Source: Haliotis cracherodii
Taxonomy: Eukaryota
Length of the DNA: 64,000 nt
Direction of reading: 5' to 3'
Assembly (NCBI RefSeq): GCF_022045235.1
Contig: NW_027266286.1
Coordinates: 32,302,001-32,366,000 of the forward strand
Part shown: in pieces, positions 39,991 through 53,700 of the stretch
Position numbering within the stretch: position 1 is the stretch's first letter
Layout: each line of letters starts with the position of its first letter
The notes under the pieces: generated by a model
What the model was told of the DNA's origin: nothing
Seen by the model: the letters and a program-made list of their open reading frames with translations, nothing else
The model's database searches: none
Made by a program: the position numbers and the translations under genes

Positions 39991-41288
39991 TACTGAACCG
40001 TAAAAGAAACATTACCATGGAAAGATATGTGAGAAACCTTATTTGTCCAAACACTGTAAACATACTTTGAGACATATTAAAAGGATGAAACTTAGCAAAA
40101 CTGATCATCAAGGTTGAAATTAAAGTGTCAAATAGTTTTAAAGTGAAACGCAACACTAGTCTCTGAGAAAATGGCGTCACAAGCCAGTATTCCGTGTGTC
40201 CGCCATGTGCAGTGATGACTGCCGTGCAACGTCGATACATGGAATGGATGAGACGGTTCAGGATAACGCCCGAGCCCACACGCAGTGTGGACGTTATCAT
40301 GCTGAAACTCGTGGTTGCGGCGACGTGCAAAATGAGGTATGGCGTATGGTCTCCAGACTTGATCAATGTACCGAGCTGCTGTGACACCATTGCCTCTCCC
40401 TGGACCGATGTTCTGGAAGAACACAGGGACGTTCCTCTGTGCAAGACCAATACCACCCCACACCATGATGCTCGGACCACCCCACGAGTCTCCCTCAACA
40501 ACACAAGCATCCGAAAAACGTTCCCCATGGCGTCTCTGCAATCTGCTGTTGAGATGCAGTAACGGCTCTTGTCTGACTGCTGGTGCCGCCAATGTTGGTG
40601 CTGTGTTGCCCACTGTAGACGGTCCCGGCGATAGTGTGGTGTCAATGGGGCCTGTGACAGTGGAGTCAATCGTCGACGCACGGTGAACGCACTGATGTGT
40701 CGCGGGTGTGTCCCAATGGTCTGTCGAGCAGTTCCTGCAGCAGTAACAAAGCGATCTTGAAGATGCTGTTGCACTATCTGACGATCCTGACGTCGGGTGG
40801 TGACCTTTGGTCTTCCAATACGTGGTATACGCTCAATACGCTCATCAGTAGTGATGGTGGTCTGGTACCTGGTAGCCTGTATATGGTCCTTACGTGGACT
40901 TGAAATGCATTGGCTACTTGCCGGACGGTTTGTCCTGCTTGCAATCGTCCAAGTGCTTGGTGTCGCTGATTTCTTGTCAATCTTGGCACATAAACGAATG
41001 AATGTTATCCGATCTGGATGGATTTTTATAGGGCAAGAAATGAGGGAAAACATGTGCATTTCAATTTCCAAGGAACCCACGTGCATCGGGTTAGCATGGC
41101 CGTTGCCGTGTTGCGTTTGGGCAATCGGTTTTATTGTCATCTCCTTTGTTTTTTTATCATCCAATTTCATTTTTCCGGACAAGGTAATGTTAAATTTTAG
41201 AAATTTTGACGAACATTACCCAGATATTTAAATGACAACTTTTCATGCAATGTTACTTTGGGTGACGTTTCTTTTGCGGTTCGGTATA
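39991..41288 (-). mobile_element. Tc1/mariner DNA transposon, near full length, inactivated
   Basis: ~26-bp TIRs (tactgaaccgtaaaagaaacattacc / ggtgacgtttcttttgcggttcggta) with TA flanks. Frameshifted transposase: MPRLTRNQRHQALGRLQAG..VANAF (HTH), GRPKVTTRRQDR, GGPSIMVWGGI, FQHDN, SMYRRCTAVITAHGGHT. Confidence 0.92.
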
Positions 41289-41785
41289 TATAACCGATAG
41301 ATTGGTATTATGCAGAGTTACGGAGTCTTGCGGAACATATGCGTCAAGGTAACTTTCTACACATACTATGTAAGCATTTTTCAACTTATTTCAATTGAAC
41401 GTTTATGAACGGTTTTACCTTCGATGGTATTTGAATTATTTGGAATATTGACAATATCTACGAGTGAGAGTGACTGAGCGAGTGAGAGTGAAGGAAAGAG
41501 GGAAGAAGCATGGACGACTCAAATTGTACGCATAGAATAGAGTCCTCCCCTTATGCCCTTGTAGACGCTACCATATCACCAACAGATACAAGTAACCATT
41601 AGCCTAGCAATCGGATATTAAATCTTGTAAAAATCATATGAAACAAACATTTCTGCTCATTTTTAGATGTGCCATGTGTTCGCTTCAAACATGATAATTG
41701 TTACTCTATTTCTATGAATAATACATAGCTTGTCACTTGAATATGTTTTTATCACACCTTCGATAAGCTATCAGGCGTGGGTGGG

Positions 41786-44700
41786 ATGAAGCAGCTGCTG
41801 TGATGTATTTCAACTGCTGCATTAGTCCTGCAAGCAAGCAATCTGCATGTGTGTGAAGGTGAGAAACACAATATAATGAAATTCATTAATATCTGATACT
41901 AGTCTACTCTTTCAAGAATAATTATATAGACATATACATCGGGGGAAAGTGGAGGTTAGCTTATACGAGCATTTAACACGTTTATAAGTCACCGATATCT
42001 TACACCATGAACCGGGCTATACGGTTATAAATAGATACGTGGAATGTCAACAAACTGACACGTATATTCATGTTCATATCTACTCCCACTGAAGCAGTCT
42101 TTCTGTTAACAAGTCTATGCTTTTTCAGCCTTATTTTAACTTATATTGACATCAGAGTATGCAATGAATTAATTTTACTTTATCTTGTCTACAGGCGCCA
42201 TTATCAACCCGGGACATGTCTCCATTATTCTTCATTTTGTCATTATTACAATGTAAGTGAGATATTTTCCATTTTGTTATCCATAGTGAGCCGACACAAG
42301 CCATTAAACTGCAACATGAGAACTTGATCCATAAAATCTGAGTGAGCGAGTGAGTTGGGTTTTTCACGTCGCTTTTAACAGTATTCCAGTTTTATCGTGG
42401 CGTGTCAGTTTAATGTGGGAGGAAAGCCCGAAGTGATATGATGCAGGTCTCAGACGTTTACCACTTCGGTGAAACCCACGAGCACGGGTATGGTGCTAAC
42501 AAACCTAGAAAGATAATCGGGGCGAACCGGGATTCAAACCAACAATCATAGGTTTCTGGCGTGCCCAAGAGACGCAACTCTGCACATCGAATCGCGACGC
42601 CTTAGACGACAGGGCCACCCGTGTCCCCCATCTTCCCCGTTAGTATCAATATCAGGTCATCTGAACAAATCGAAAAACTACAGTGGATGATAGCTTGAAC
42701 AGCGATCCACGCCATCAGGTACAATTGTACTCCTTGATCTGGACACGTTTTACGCGTTTTGGTTTCAGTAAATACTGTATAAGAACGGGTTATTGGGGGT
42801 CTTTTCTCCCACAGAATCGGCCGGATAAAACTATTTTGATGTAATAATTACTCGCTAATATATAAGTATTGGTGCAAAGTGACAAAACCCTTGTCATAAT
42901 CATTAGAAAGTTCTGCTACAAGCAGAGTCCAGTGTACGATTCCCACCATGTCATAAGCATGTGTATGGAACACAGTCAGCAATCACCATCGTCTTTGTCT
43001 TACAGGTTTATATCTTCTACACGGACTAAACCATACGGCCTGCTACAATTCCGAGTTAATCATTGATTCCCCTCTTTGTGGAAATAGTGGGAATCTTGCA
43101 CCGAAGAAGTTCCTGCTTGGACAATTGTCCCCAAATAGCACATGTCGCACAAGACTAAGCGGACAACGGGACTATCATATTGTCCGTGACTGTTGCAAGT
43201 TCCACGGCGGGGATACCGTCATCGAGGAGGTGTGTATTCCAGGACAGAAAATGCGGTTGTCAAGTCCCCTGTCTCACATGGCAAGGTACTGTAGTCGTGG
43301 ACATCGCTGTGATTCCGGGAAGCGGTTGACGAGCAAGGAACTGCATTCAGGGGACTATGTGTCTCTGGAATATGACTGTGTACATGGCAAGTAGAAATTA
43401 AGTAATATTTCTTATGAAACGCACGTATCTATGGTACGCGACAAATTGAAAGAAAATGTACTGTGAAAATTGAACTGTGCGTCGTCGCTCTTTTACAAAT
43501 AAATGTGTTTGTCTTTGTTAGGAACATTATTGTGCACATTATCACATCGATAAAAAAACACCAGAGCCTGATAATAACCAGTTCCGATTATCCGCCGAAC
43601 CACAATCCATTAGGCGTAAAATAACTGAAAATTATATGAATTGATCACGGAAAATCAGCGATGACACCAAGTGTTAGCGAATAGAGAAAGCATGCCCTGC
43701 CCTTCCGGTAGCACCGCCACTCACAATGAGTTTCATAACAAAGTAAGTGTTTGTTGCGTGACGTCACACAGCAGTACTCCCGTGAACAAACAAGACAATC
43801 AAGTAATCCATGGACCAGTATTACGATAGCACATCCACTGATATTGTGAAGCCAAAATCTACGTTAATTTTAAATCTGCTGCACACAAACAGATATTCTG
43901 CTGCTTCTTAAGAAAGAAAAACCGTTTGGTTTGCATGGGACAGCAGCTCCTGCGCTGAACATCCGTGATTTATATGGTTAGCCTGAACACAGCCATGGCA
44001 TAGAGCAGTCCTGTGCATTTGTGTCACTGTCGGTTTTTTTAAAGTGCAGGTGTGGGCAATTGAACTGTGAGAATATTTCCTTGGCGCCGGACTACTGCAT
44101 GTTTCATTAACAACCTTTTCATCACTATTTATTTCATTCTTTCTTCTTTTTCAGTAAAAGAAGAAATCCATTTCAATTCCGATGAGGTGCTTAATGGAAG
44201 AAAGGTTTACCTGATAAGCGATCAGAAGGATGGAAGTGTCCGAGATGCTAACTGTGCTGCCTACAAAACAAATCCCCGGTCATCCATCATCGTCACTCTC
44301 GTAGACAACATTGTTTCCTCGGGAGCGTGTACCGTCTCCTTCGCTAGTTCAATGTCTGGGAGTACAAATATTAATTGTGCCAAAACAGAGATTGTGAATG
44401 GTTGCAATAACGTGCTGTATAGCAGCAACACCAGCAGGGTAGATATTAATCTGACCATGACAGTTATTGCTGACGGCAGTGATCGCCAGTTTTTGTGGAT
44501 GGTTGTTACAGGTAGGCATGATTAATCTTATTGTTATGAATTCTCAATATGAAATTGTTTTTATTCACATGTAAACCAACTGTTATTGTTTATGTTGATA
44601 AGGTTTACCGTAGGTTTTACATTTAGTTTGACTACCAAAACCTGACAAATCTTTTTTTCTTCTCAACTACATTCATGAAATATAAGTCAGAGGCATGATC

Positions 44701-47700
44701 CCTCACCTGCGTCTTTTGTAGCTTCTGATGGAGGTAACCTGACAGTTGCTTGTGGGAAGAAGATACCACCAGATGATTACACAACAGCCTCAGCAACACA
44801 GTCCACAAGAAGCCGCCTGACGACTCAAAAGAGTTCACCTAATTACACGACTACGTCTTACTCAAAATCGACATCAGATTATCCTGCTACTATCAGGGCA
44901 ACAAATAGCAGTGGGATTTCAAAATCATCGACTGTGTCCATCTCCGCTATAGCTACTGGGTTAACGATTCCACATTCAATCTCAGGGTCTGGAGGAAGCA
45001 CGAAAATACATTTGAGCAAAACCAACTCCATGTCTCATTCATCTACTGGCTTTAAATTGACCAGGTCTTCCTCACCTTTACTCACAACGTTTGGTAGAAT
45101 ACAGGCTTCAAGTACAACATCAACCTCATTATCTACAAACATGCCATCTTCACTTCCACCAACGTCTTCGCAATCACATTCAACAACAGAAACAGTTTCC
45201 CCTTCCCTGACACATTCGACCACAGGAGGACGACTACAGTCTTCCAGACACACATCATACTCGACTCGTCCCACTCAAGGGCAATCTTTATCTTCGTTTA
45301 AAGCGTTATCGTCTTCAAACATTACACTATTTCGTCTCATAAAAACAACAAAACCATCTTTACATCCACTGACAGTGTCGATCGCGGGAGGCCCTGAAAC
45401 TGCCCAGATATCGACAACGTCAACGAGTGGAAGATTAAGGTCTACAAACATCATATCATTCTCACCAGTAGACATAGAAGGAAAAGGCTCATCTTCCCCA
45501 ACTGTGTCAACGATTGGAAGGATGCAGTCCTCCAAAGCCACATCCGTTTCCTCGGAAACCGGACAGGAAACATCCCCATCCGCAACAACGCCTATGCCAT
45601 CAACACAGGGTGGAATACAGCACTCGACAACCACATCTTCATCTTCCATCACTGACAACGGCAAGCCCTCCAACATCTCTACTCACACTTCAGCAAGCCA
45701 ACACATGCTAACAGCTTTAATGTTCGGTGCATCAACCTCAACAAAATCTTGGCAAAGATTGTCGTCAACTACAGTGACATCCAAGCCACCACCTGTTGAT
45801 GAAACAACACCGGATACAAGTAGGTAATATACATAACATATGATGGGAAAATGAAACAAAGATTGGATTGCCGTTGTGCTTGCTATTATGCCCTTGTTTA
45901 ACATCCCAGAGAATGAATGAAGAATGATTTTGACATTTGTGGGAAGACCGTTCATACTGTATCGAAAAAAATAGTTATAATGATTGTATAGTTTTTGGAA
46001 TGACAGATTCGTACTGACTATAGAACGTACCATTGCACAACACATGTATTTCGTCTTCAGTGTCATTAATATATGTTTACCCCAAACACTTATTGCATGA
46101 ATTATAATTAACTTTGTATCATTTCCCTATCGCAAAGATAATGTGCAAGGTATATATTGCTGAATCATACTGAATAGTATCACCAATCGTCTGCAAACGT
46201 TACACTATTTCGTCTCATAAAAACAACAAAACCATCTTTACATCCACTGACAGTGTCGATCGCGGGAGGCCCTGAAACTGCCCAGATATCGACAACGTCA
46301 ACGAGTGGAAGATTAAGGTTTACAAACATCACATCATTCTCACCAGTAGACATAGAAGGAAAAGGCTCATCTTCCCCAACTGTGTCAACGATTGGAAGGA
46401 TGCAGTCCTCCAAAGCCACATCCGTTTCCTCGGAAACCGGACAGGAAACATCCCCATCCGCAACAACGCCTATGCCATCAACACAGGGTGGAATACGGCA
46501 CTCGACAACCACATCTTCATCTTCCTTCACTGACAACGGCAAGCCCTCCAACATCTCTACTCACACTTCAGCAACCCAACCCATGTTAACAGCTTTAATG
46601 TTCGGTGCATCAACCTCAACAAAATCTTGGCAAAGATTGTCGTCAACTACAGTGACATCCAAGCCACCACCTGTTGATGAAACAACACCGGATACAAGTA
46701 GGTAATATACATAACATATTATGGGAAAATAAAACAAAGATTGGATTGCCGTTGTGCTTGCTATTATGCCCTTGTTTAACATCCCAGAGAATGAATGAAG
46801 AATGATTTTGACATTTGTGGGAAGACCGTTCATACTGTATCGAAAAAAATAGTTATAATGATTGTATAGTTTTTGGAATGACAGATTCGTACTGACTATA
46901 GAACGTACCATTGCACAACACATGTATTTCGTCTTCAGTGTCATTAATATATGTTTACCCCAAACACTTATTGCATGTATTATAATTAACTTTGTATCAT
47001 TTCCCTATCGCAAAGATAATGTGCAAGGTATATATTGCTGAATCATACTGAACAGTATCACCAATCGTCTGCAAACGTTACACTATTTCGTCTCATAAAA
47101 ACAACAAAACCATCTTAACATCCACTGACAGTGTCGATCGCGGGAGGCCCTGAAACTGCCCATACATCGACAACGTCAACGAGTGGAAGATTAAGGTTTA
47201 CAAACATCACATCATTCTCACCAGTAGACATAGAAGGAAAAGGCTCATCTTCCCCAACTGTGTCAACGATTGGAAGGATGCAGTCCTCCAAAGCCACATC
47301 CGTTTCCTCGGAAACCGGACAGGAAACATCCCCATCCGCAACAACGCCTATGCCATCAACACAGGGTGGAATACGGCACTCGACAACCACATCATCTTCC
47401 ATCACTGACAACGGCAAGCCCTCCAACATCTCTACTCACACTTCAGCAACCCAACCCATGTTAACAGCTTTAATGTTCGGTGCATCAACCTCAACAAAAT
47501 CTTGGCAAAGATTGTCGTCAACTACAGTGACATCCAAGCCACCACCTGTTGATGAAACAACACCGGATACAAGTAGGTAATATACATAACATATGATGGG
47601 AAAATGAAACAAAGATTGGATTGCCGTTGTGCTTGCTATTATGCCCTTGTTTAACATCCCAGAGAATGAATGAAGAATGATTTTGACATTTGTGGGGAGA

Positions 47701-50700
47701 CCGTTCATACTGTATCGAAAAAAATAATTATAATGATTGTATAGTTTTTGGAATGACAGATTCGTACTGACTATAGAACGTACCATTGCACAACACATGT
47801 ATTTCGTCTTCAGTGTCATTAATATATGTTAACCCCAAACACTTATTGCATGTATTATAATTAACTTTGTATCATTTCCCTATCGCAAAGATAATGTGCA
47901 AGGTATATATTGCTGAATCATACTGAATAGTATCCCCAATCGTCTGCAAACGTTACACTATTTCGTCTCATAAAAACAACAAAACCATCTTTACATCCAC
48001 TGACAGTGTCGATCGCGGGAGGCCCTGAAACTGCCCAGATATCGACAACGACAACGAGTGGAAGATTAAGGTCTACAAACATCATATCATTCTCACCAGT
48101 AGACACAGAAGGAAAAGGCTCATCTTCCCCAACTGTGTCAACGATTGGAAGGATGCAGTCCTCCAAAGCCACATCCGTTTCCTCGGAAACCGGACAGGAA
48201 ACATCCCCATCCGCAACAACGCCTATGCCATCAACACAGGGTGGAATACAGCACTCGACAACCACATCTTCATCTTCCTTCACTGACAACGGCAAGCCCT
48301 CCAACATCTCTACTCACACTTCAGCAAGCCAACACATGCTAACAGCTTTAATGTTCGGTGCATCAACCTCAACAAAATCTTGGCAAAGATTGTCGTCAAC
48401 TACAGTGACATCCAAGCCACCACCTGTTGATGAAACAACACCGGATACAAGTAGGTAATATACATAACATATGATGGGAAAATGAAACAAAGATTGGATT
48501 GCCGTTGTGCTTGCTATTATGCCCTTGTTTAACATCCCAGAGAATGAATGAAGAATGATTTTGACATTTGTGGGAAGACCGTTCATACTGTATCGAAAAA
48601 AATAATTATAATGATTGTATAGTTTTTGGAATGACAGATTCGTACTGACTATAGAACGTACCATTGCACAACACATGTATTTCGTCTTCAGTGTCATTAA
48701 TATATGTTAACCCCAAACACTTATTGCATGTATTATAATTAACTTTGTATCATTTCCCTATCGCAAAGATAATGTGCAAGGTATATATTGCTGAATCATA
48801 CTGAATAGTATCCCCAATCGTCTGCAAACGTTACACTATTTCGTCTCATAAAAACAACAAAACCATCTTTACATCCACTGACAGTGTCGATCGCGGGAGG
48901 CCCTGAAACTGCCCAGATATCGACAACGTCAACGAGTGGAAGATTAAGGTTTACAAACATCACATCATTCTCACCAGTAGACATAGAAGGAAAAGGCTCA
49001 TCTTCCCCAACTGTGTCAACGATTGGAAGGATGCAGTCCTCCAAAGCCACATCCGTTTCCTCGGAAACCGGACAGGAAACATCCCCATCCGCAACAACGC
49101 CTATGCCATCAACACAGGGTGGAATACGGCACTCGACAACCACATCTTCATCTTCCTTCACTGACAACGGCAAGCCCTCCAACATCTCTACTCACACTTC
49201 AGCAACCCAACCCATGTTAACAGCTTTAATGTTCGGTGCATCAACCTCAACAAAATCTTGGCAAAGATTGTCGTCAACTACAGTGACATCCAAGCCACCA
49301 CCTGTTGATGAAACAACACCGGATACAAGTAGGTAATATACATAACATATGATGGGAAAATAAAACAAAGATTGGATTGCCGTTGTGCTTGCTATTATGC
49401 CCTTGTTTAACATCCCAGAGAATGAATGAAGAATGATTTTGACATTTGTGGGAAGACCGTTCATACTGTATCGAAAAAAATAATTATAATGATTGTATAG
49501 TTTTTGGAATGACAGATTCGTACTGACTATAGAACGTACCATTGCACAACACATGTATTTCGTCTTCAGTGTCATTAATATATGTTTACCCCAAACACTT
49601 ATTGCATGTATTATAATTAACTTTGTATCATTTCCCTATCGCAAAGATAATGTGCAAGGTATATATTGCTGAATCATACTGAAAAGTATCACCAATCGTC
49701 TGCAAACGTTACACTATTTCGTCTCATAAAAACAACAAAACCATCTTAACATCCACTGACAGTGTCGATCGCGGGAGGCCCTGAAACTGCCCATACATCG
49801 ACAACGTCAACGAGTGGAAGATTAAGGTTTACAAACATCACATCATTCTCACCAGTAGACATAGAAGGAAAAGGCTCATCTTCCCCAACTGTGTCAACGA
49901 TTGGAAGGATGCAGTCCTCCAAAGCCACATCCGTTTCCTCGGAAACCGGACAGGAAACATCCCCATCCGCAACAACGCCTATGCCATCAACACAGGGTGG
50001 AATACGGCACTCGACAACCACATCTTCATCTTCCATCACTGACAACGGCAAGCCCTCCAACATCTCTACTCACACTTCAGCAACCCAACCCATGTTAACA
50101 GCTTTAATGTTCGGTGCATCAACCTCAACAAAATCTTGGCAAAGATTGTCGTCAACTACAGTGACATCCAAGCCACCACCTGTTGATGAAACAACACCGG
50201 ATACAAGTAGGTAATATACATAACATATGATGGGAAAATGAAACAAAGATTGGATTGCCGTTGTGCTTGCTATTATGCCCTTGTTTAACATCCCAGAGAA
50301 TGAATGAAGAATGATTTTGACATTTGTGGGGAGACCGTTCATACTGTATCGAAAAAAATAATTATAATGATTGTATAGTTTTTGGAATGACAGATTCGTA
50401 CTGACTATAGAACGTACCATTGCACAACACATGTATTTCGTCTTCAGTGTCATTAATATATGTTAACCCCAAACACTTATTGCATGTATTATAATTAACT
50501 TTGTATCATTTCCCTATCGCAAAGATAATGTGCAAGGTATATATTGCTGAATCATACTGAATAGTATCCCCAATCGTCTGCAAACGTTACACTATTTCGT
50601 CTCATAAAAACAACAAAACCATCTTTACATCCACTGACAGTGTCGATCGCGGGAGGCCCTGAAACTGCCCAGATATCGACAACGACAACGAGTGGAAGAT

Positions 50701-53700
50701 TAAGGTCTACAAACATCATATCATTCTCACCAGTAGACACAGAAGGAAAAGGCTCATCTTCCCCAACTGTGTCAACGATTGGAAGGATGCAGTCCTCCAA
50801 AGCCACATCCGTTTCCTCGGAAACCGGACAGGAAACATCCCCATCCGCAACAACGCCTATGCCATCAACACAGGGTGGAATACAGCACTCGACAACCACA
50901 TCTTCATCTTCCTTCACTGACAACGGCAAGCCCTCCAACATCTCTACTCACACTTCAGCAAGCCAACACATGCTAACAGCTTTAATGTTCGGTGCATCAA
51001 CCTCAACAAAATCTTGGCAAAGATTGTCGTCAACTACAGTGACATCCAAGCCACCACCTGTTGATGAAACAACACCGGATACAAGTAGGTAATATACATA
51101 ACATACGATGGGAAAATGAAACAAAGATTGGATTGCCGTTGTGCTTGCTATTATGCCCTTGTTTAACATCCCAGAGAATGAATGAAGAATGATTTTGACA
51201 TTTGTGGGAAGACCGTTCATACTGTATCGAAAAAAATAATTATAATGATTGTATAGTTTTTGGAATGACAGATTCGTACTGACTATAGAACGTACCATTG
51301 CACAACACATGTATTTCGTCTTCAGTGTCATTAATATATGTTAACCCCAAACACTTATTGCATGTATTATAATTAACTTTGTATCATTTCCCTATCGCAA
51401 AGATAATGTGCAAGGTATATATTGCTGAATCATACTGAATAGTATCCCCAATCGTCTGCAAACGTTACACTATTTCGTCTCATAAAAACAACAAAACCAT
51501 CTTTACATCCACTGACAGTGTCGATCGCGGGAGGCCCTGAAACTGCCCAGATATCGACAACGACAACGAGTGGAAGATTAAGGTCTACAAACATCATATC
51601 ATTCTCACCAGTAGACACAGAAGGAAAAGGCTCATCTTCCCCAACTGTGTCAACGATTGGAAGGATGCAGTCCTCCAAAGCCACATCCGTTTCCTCGGAA
51701 ACCGGACAGGAAACATCCCCATCCGCAACAACGCCTATGCTATCAACACAGGGTGGAATACAGCACTCGACAACCACATCTTCATCTTCCTTCACTGACA
51801 ACGGCAAGCCCTCCAACATCTCTACTCACACTTCAGCAAGCCAACACATGCTAACAGCTTTAATGTTCGGTGCATCAACCTCAACAAAATCTTGGCAAAG
51901 ATTGTCGTCAACTACAGTGACATCCAAGCCACCACCTGTTGATGAAACAACACCGGATACAAGTAGGTAATATACATAACATATGATGGGAAAATGAAAC
52001 AAAGATTGGATTGCCGTTGTGCTTGCTATTATGCCCTTGTTTAACATCCCAGAGAATGAATGAAGAATGATTTTGACATTTGTGGGGAGACCGTTCATAC
52101 TGTATCGAAAAAAATAATTATAATGATTGTATAGTTTTTGGAATGACAGATTCGTACTGACTATAGAACGTACCATTGCACAACACATGTATTTCGTCTT
52201 CAGTGTCATTAATATATGTTAACCCCAAACACTTATTGCATGTATTATAATTAACTTTGTATCATTTCCCTATCGCAAAGATAATGTGCAAGGTATATAT
52301 TGCTGAATCATACTGAATAGTATCCCCAATCGTCTGCAAACGTTACACTATTTCGTCTCATAAAAACAACAAAACCATCTTTACATCCACTGACAGTGTC
52401 GATCGCGGGAGGCCCTGAAACTGCCCAGATATCGACAACGACAACGAGTGGAAGATTAAGGTCTACAAACATCATATCATTCTCACCAGTAGACACAGAA
52501 GGAAAAGGCTCATCTTCCCCAACTGTGTCAACGATTGGAAGGATGCAGTCCTCCAAAGCCACATCCGTTTCCTCGGAAACCGGACAGGAAACATCCCCAT
52601 CCGCAACAACGCCTATGCTATCAACACAGGGTGGAATACAGCACTCGACAACCACATCTTCATCTTCCTTCACTGACAACGGCAAGCCCTCCAACATCTC
52701 TACTCACACTTCAGCAAGCCAACACATGCTAACAGCTTTAATGTTCGGTGCATCAACCTCAACAAAATCTTGGCAAAGATTGTCGTCAACTACAGTGACA
52801 TCCAAGCCACCACCTGTTGATGAAACAACACCGGATACAAGTAGGTAATATACATAACATATGATGGGAAAATGAAACAAAGATTGGATTGCCGTTGTGC
52901 TTGCTATTATGCCCTTGTTTAACATCCCAGAGAATGAATGAAGAATGATTTTGACATTTGTGGGAAGACCGTTCATACTGTATCGAAAAAAATAATTATA
53001 ATGATTGTATAGTTTTTGGAATGACAGATTCGTACTGACTATAGAACGTACCATTGTACAACACATGTATTTCGTCTTCAGTGTCATTAATATATGTTTA
53101 CCCCAAACACTTATTGCATGAATTATAATTAACTTTGTATCATTTCCCTATCGCAAAGATAATGTGCAAGGTTTGTATTGCTGAATCATACTGAATAGTA
53201 TCATCAAACATAAGAACATACATAGTAAATCATTTGCCGTTTCCTTCCAGGTAAATCAGACAACACTGATGACAAGGTTGCCTTTAGTAAGTATACTTAC
53301 AAAGAATATTGAATGTTATCGGCAGTTGTGTTTCATGTGTTGACGGGGATGAATATAGTAAACTACATGGGAGCTAAACGCCTAAGACAATTCCTTCCGT
53401 TCCAGTACTGGAGGTAATCACAAGCTTGACGGGAGCAGCCCTCCTCCTTCTGATGGTGATCACTACAGCAATGTGCTTGTGCTACAACAAAAGGTATTAT
53501 ATATCTTGTGAGAGAGTATTTATTGCCCATTGTAAGATCGTGGATCCTCAATCAATAATGAGCTGCAATATTAATTTACGAATTGTGTGTAGGTCCATTT
53601 CCTTGTACGAGAGTAACAAATGATTTCAACAGCATTAAGAATTATAAAATATGTCTGTTGCTTGTACATTGAATGCGACTTTAATAAGGTTTACAAACAT

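Noticed and set aside
39851-41182. 443-aa ORF as a functional gene
   Set aside because: It is a chimeric read through a frameshifted, deleted Tc1 transposase that lacks an intact DDE domain.
27343-41803. Selenocysteine or programmed readthrough at the two in-frame TGAs
   Set aside because: One replaces Gly in a repeat and the other is in a signal peptide. There is no TGA-CTA context and no SECIS was recognised.
45035-53087. Minus-strand and alternative-frame ORFs in the 878-bp array
   Set aside because: These are antisense or shifted shadows of the S/T-rich exon and intron, repeated only because the unit repeats.
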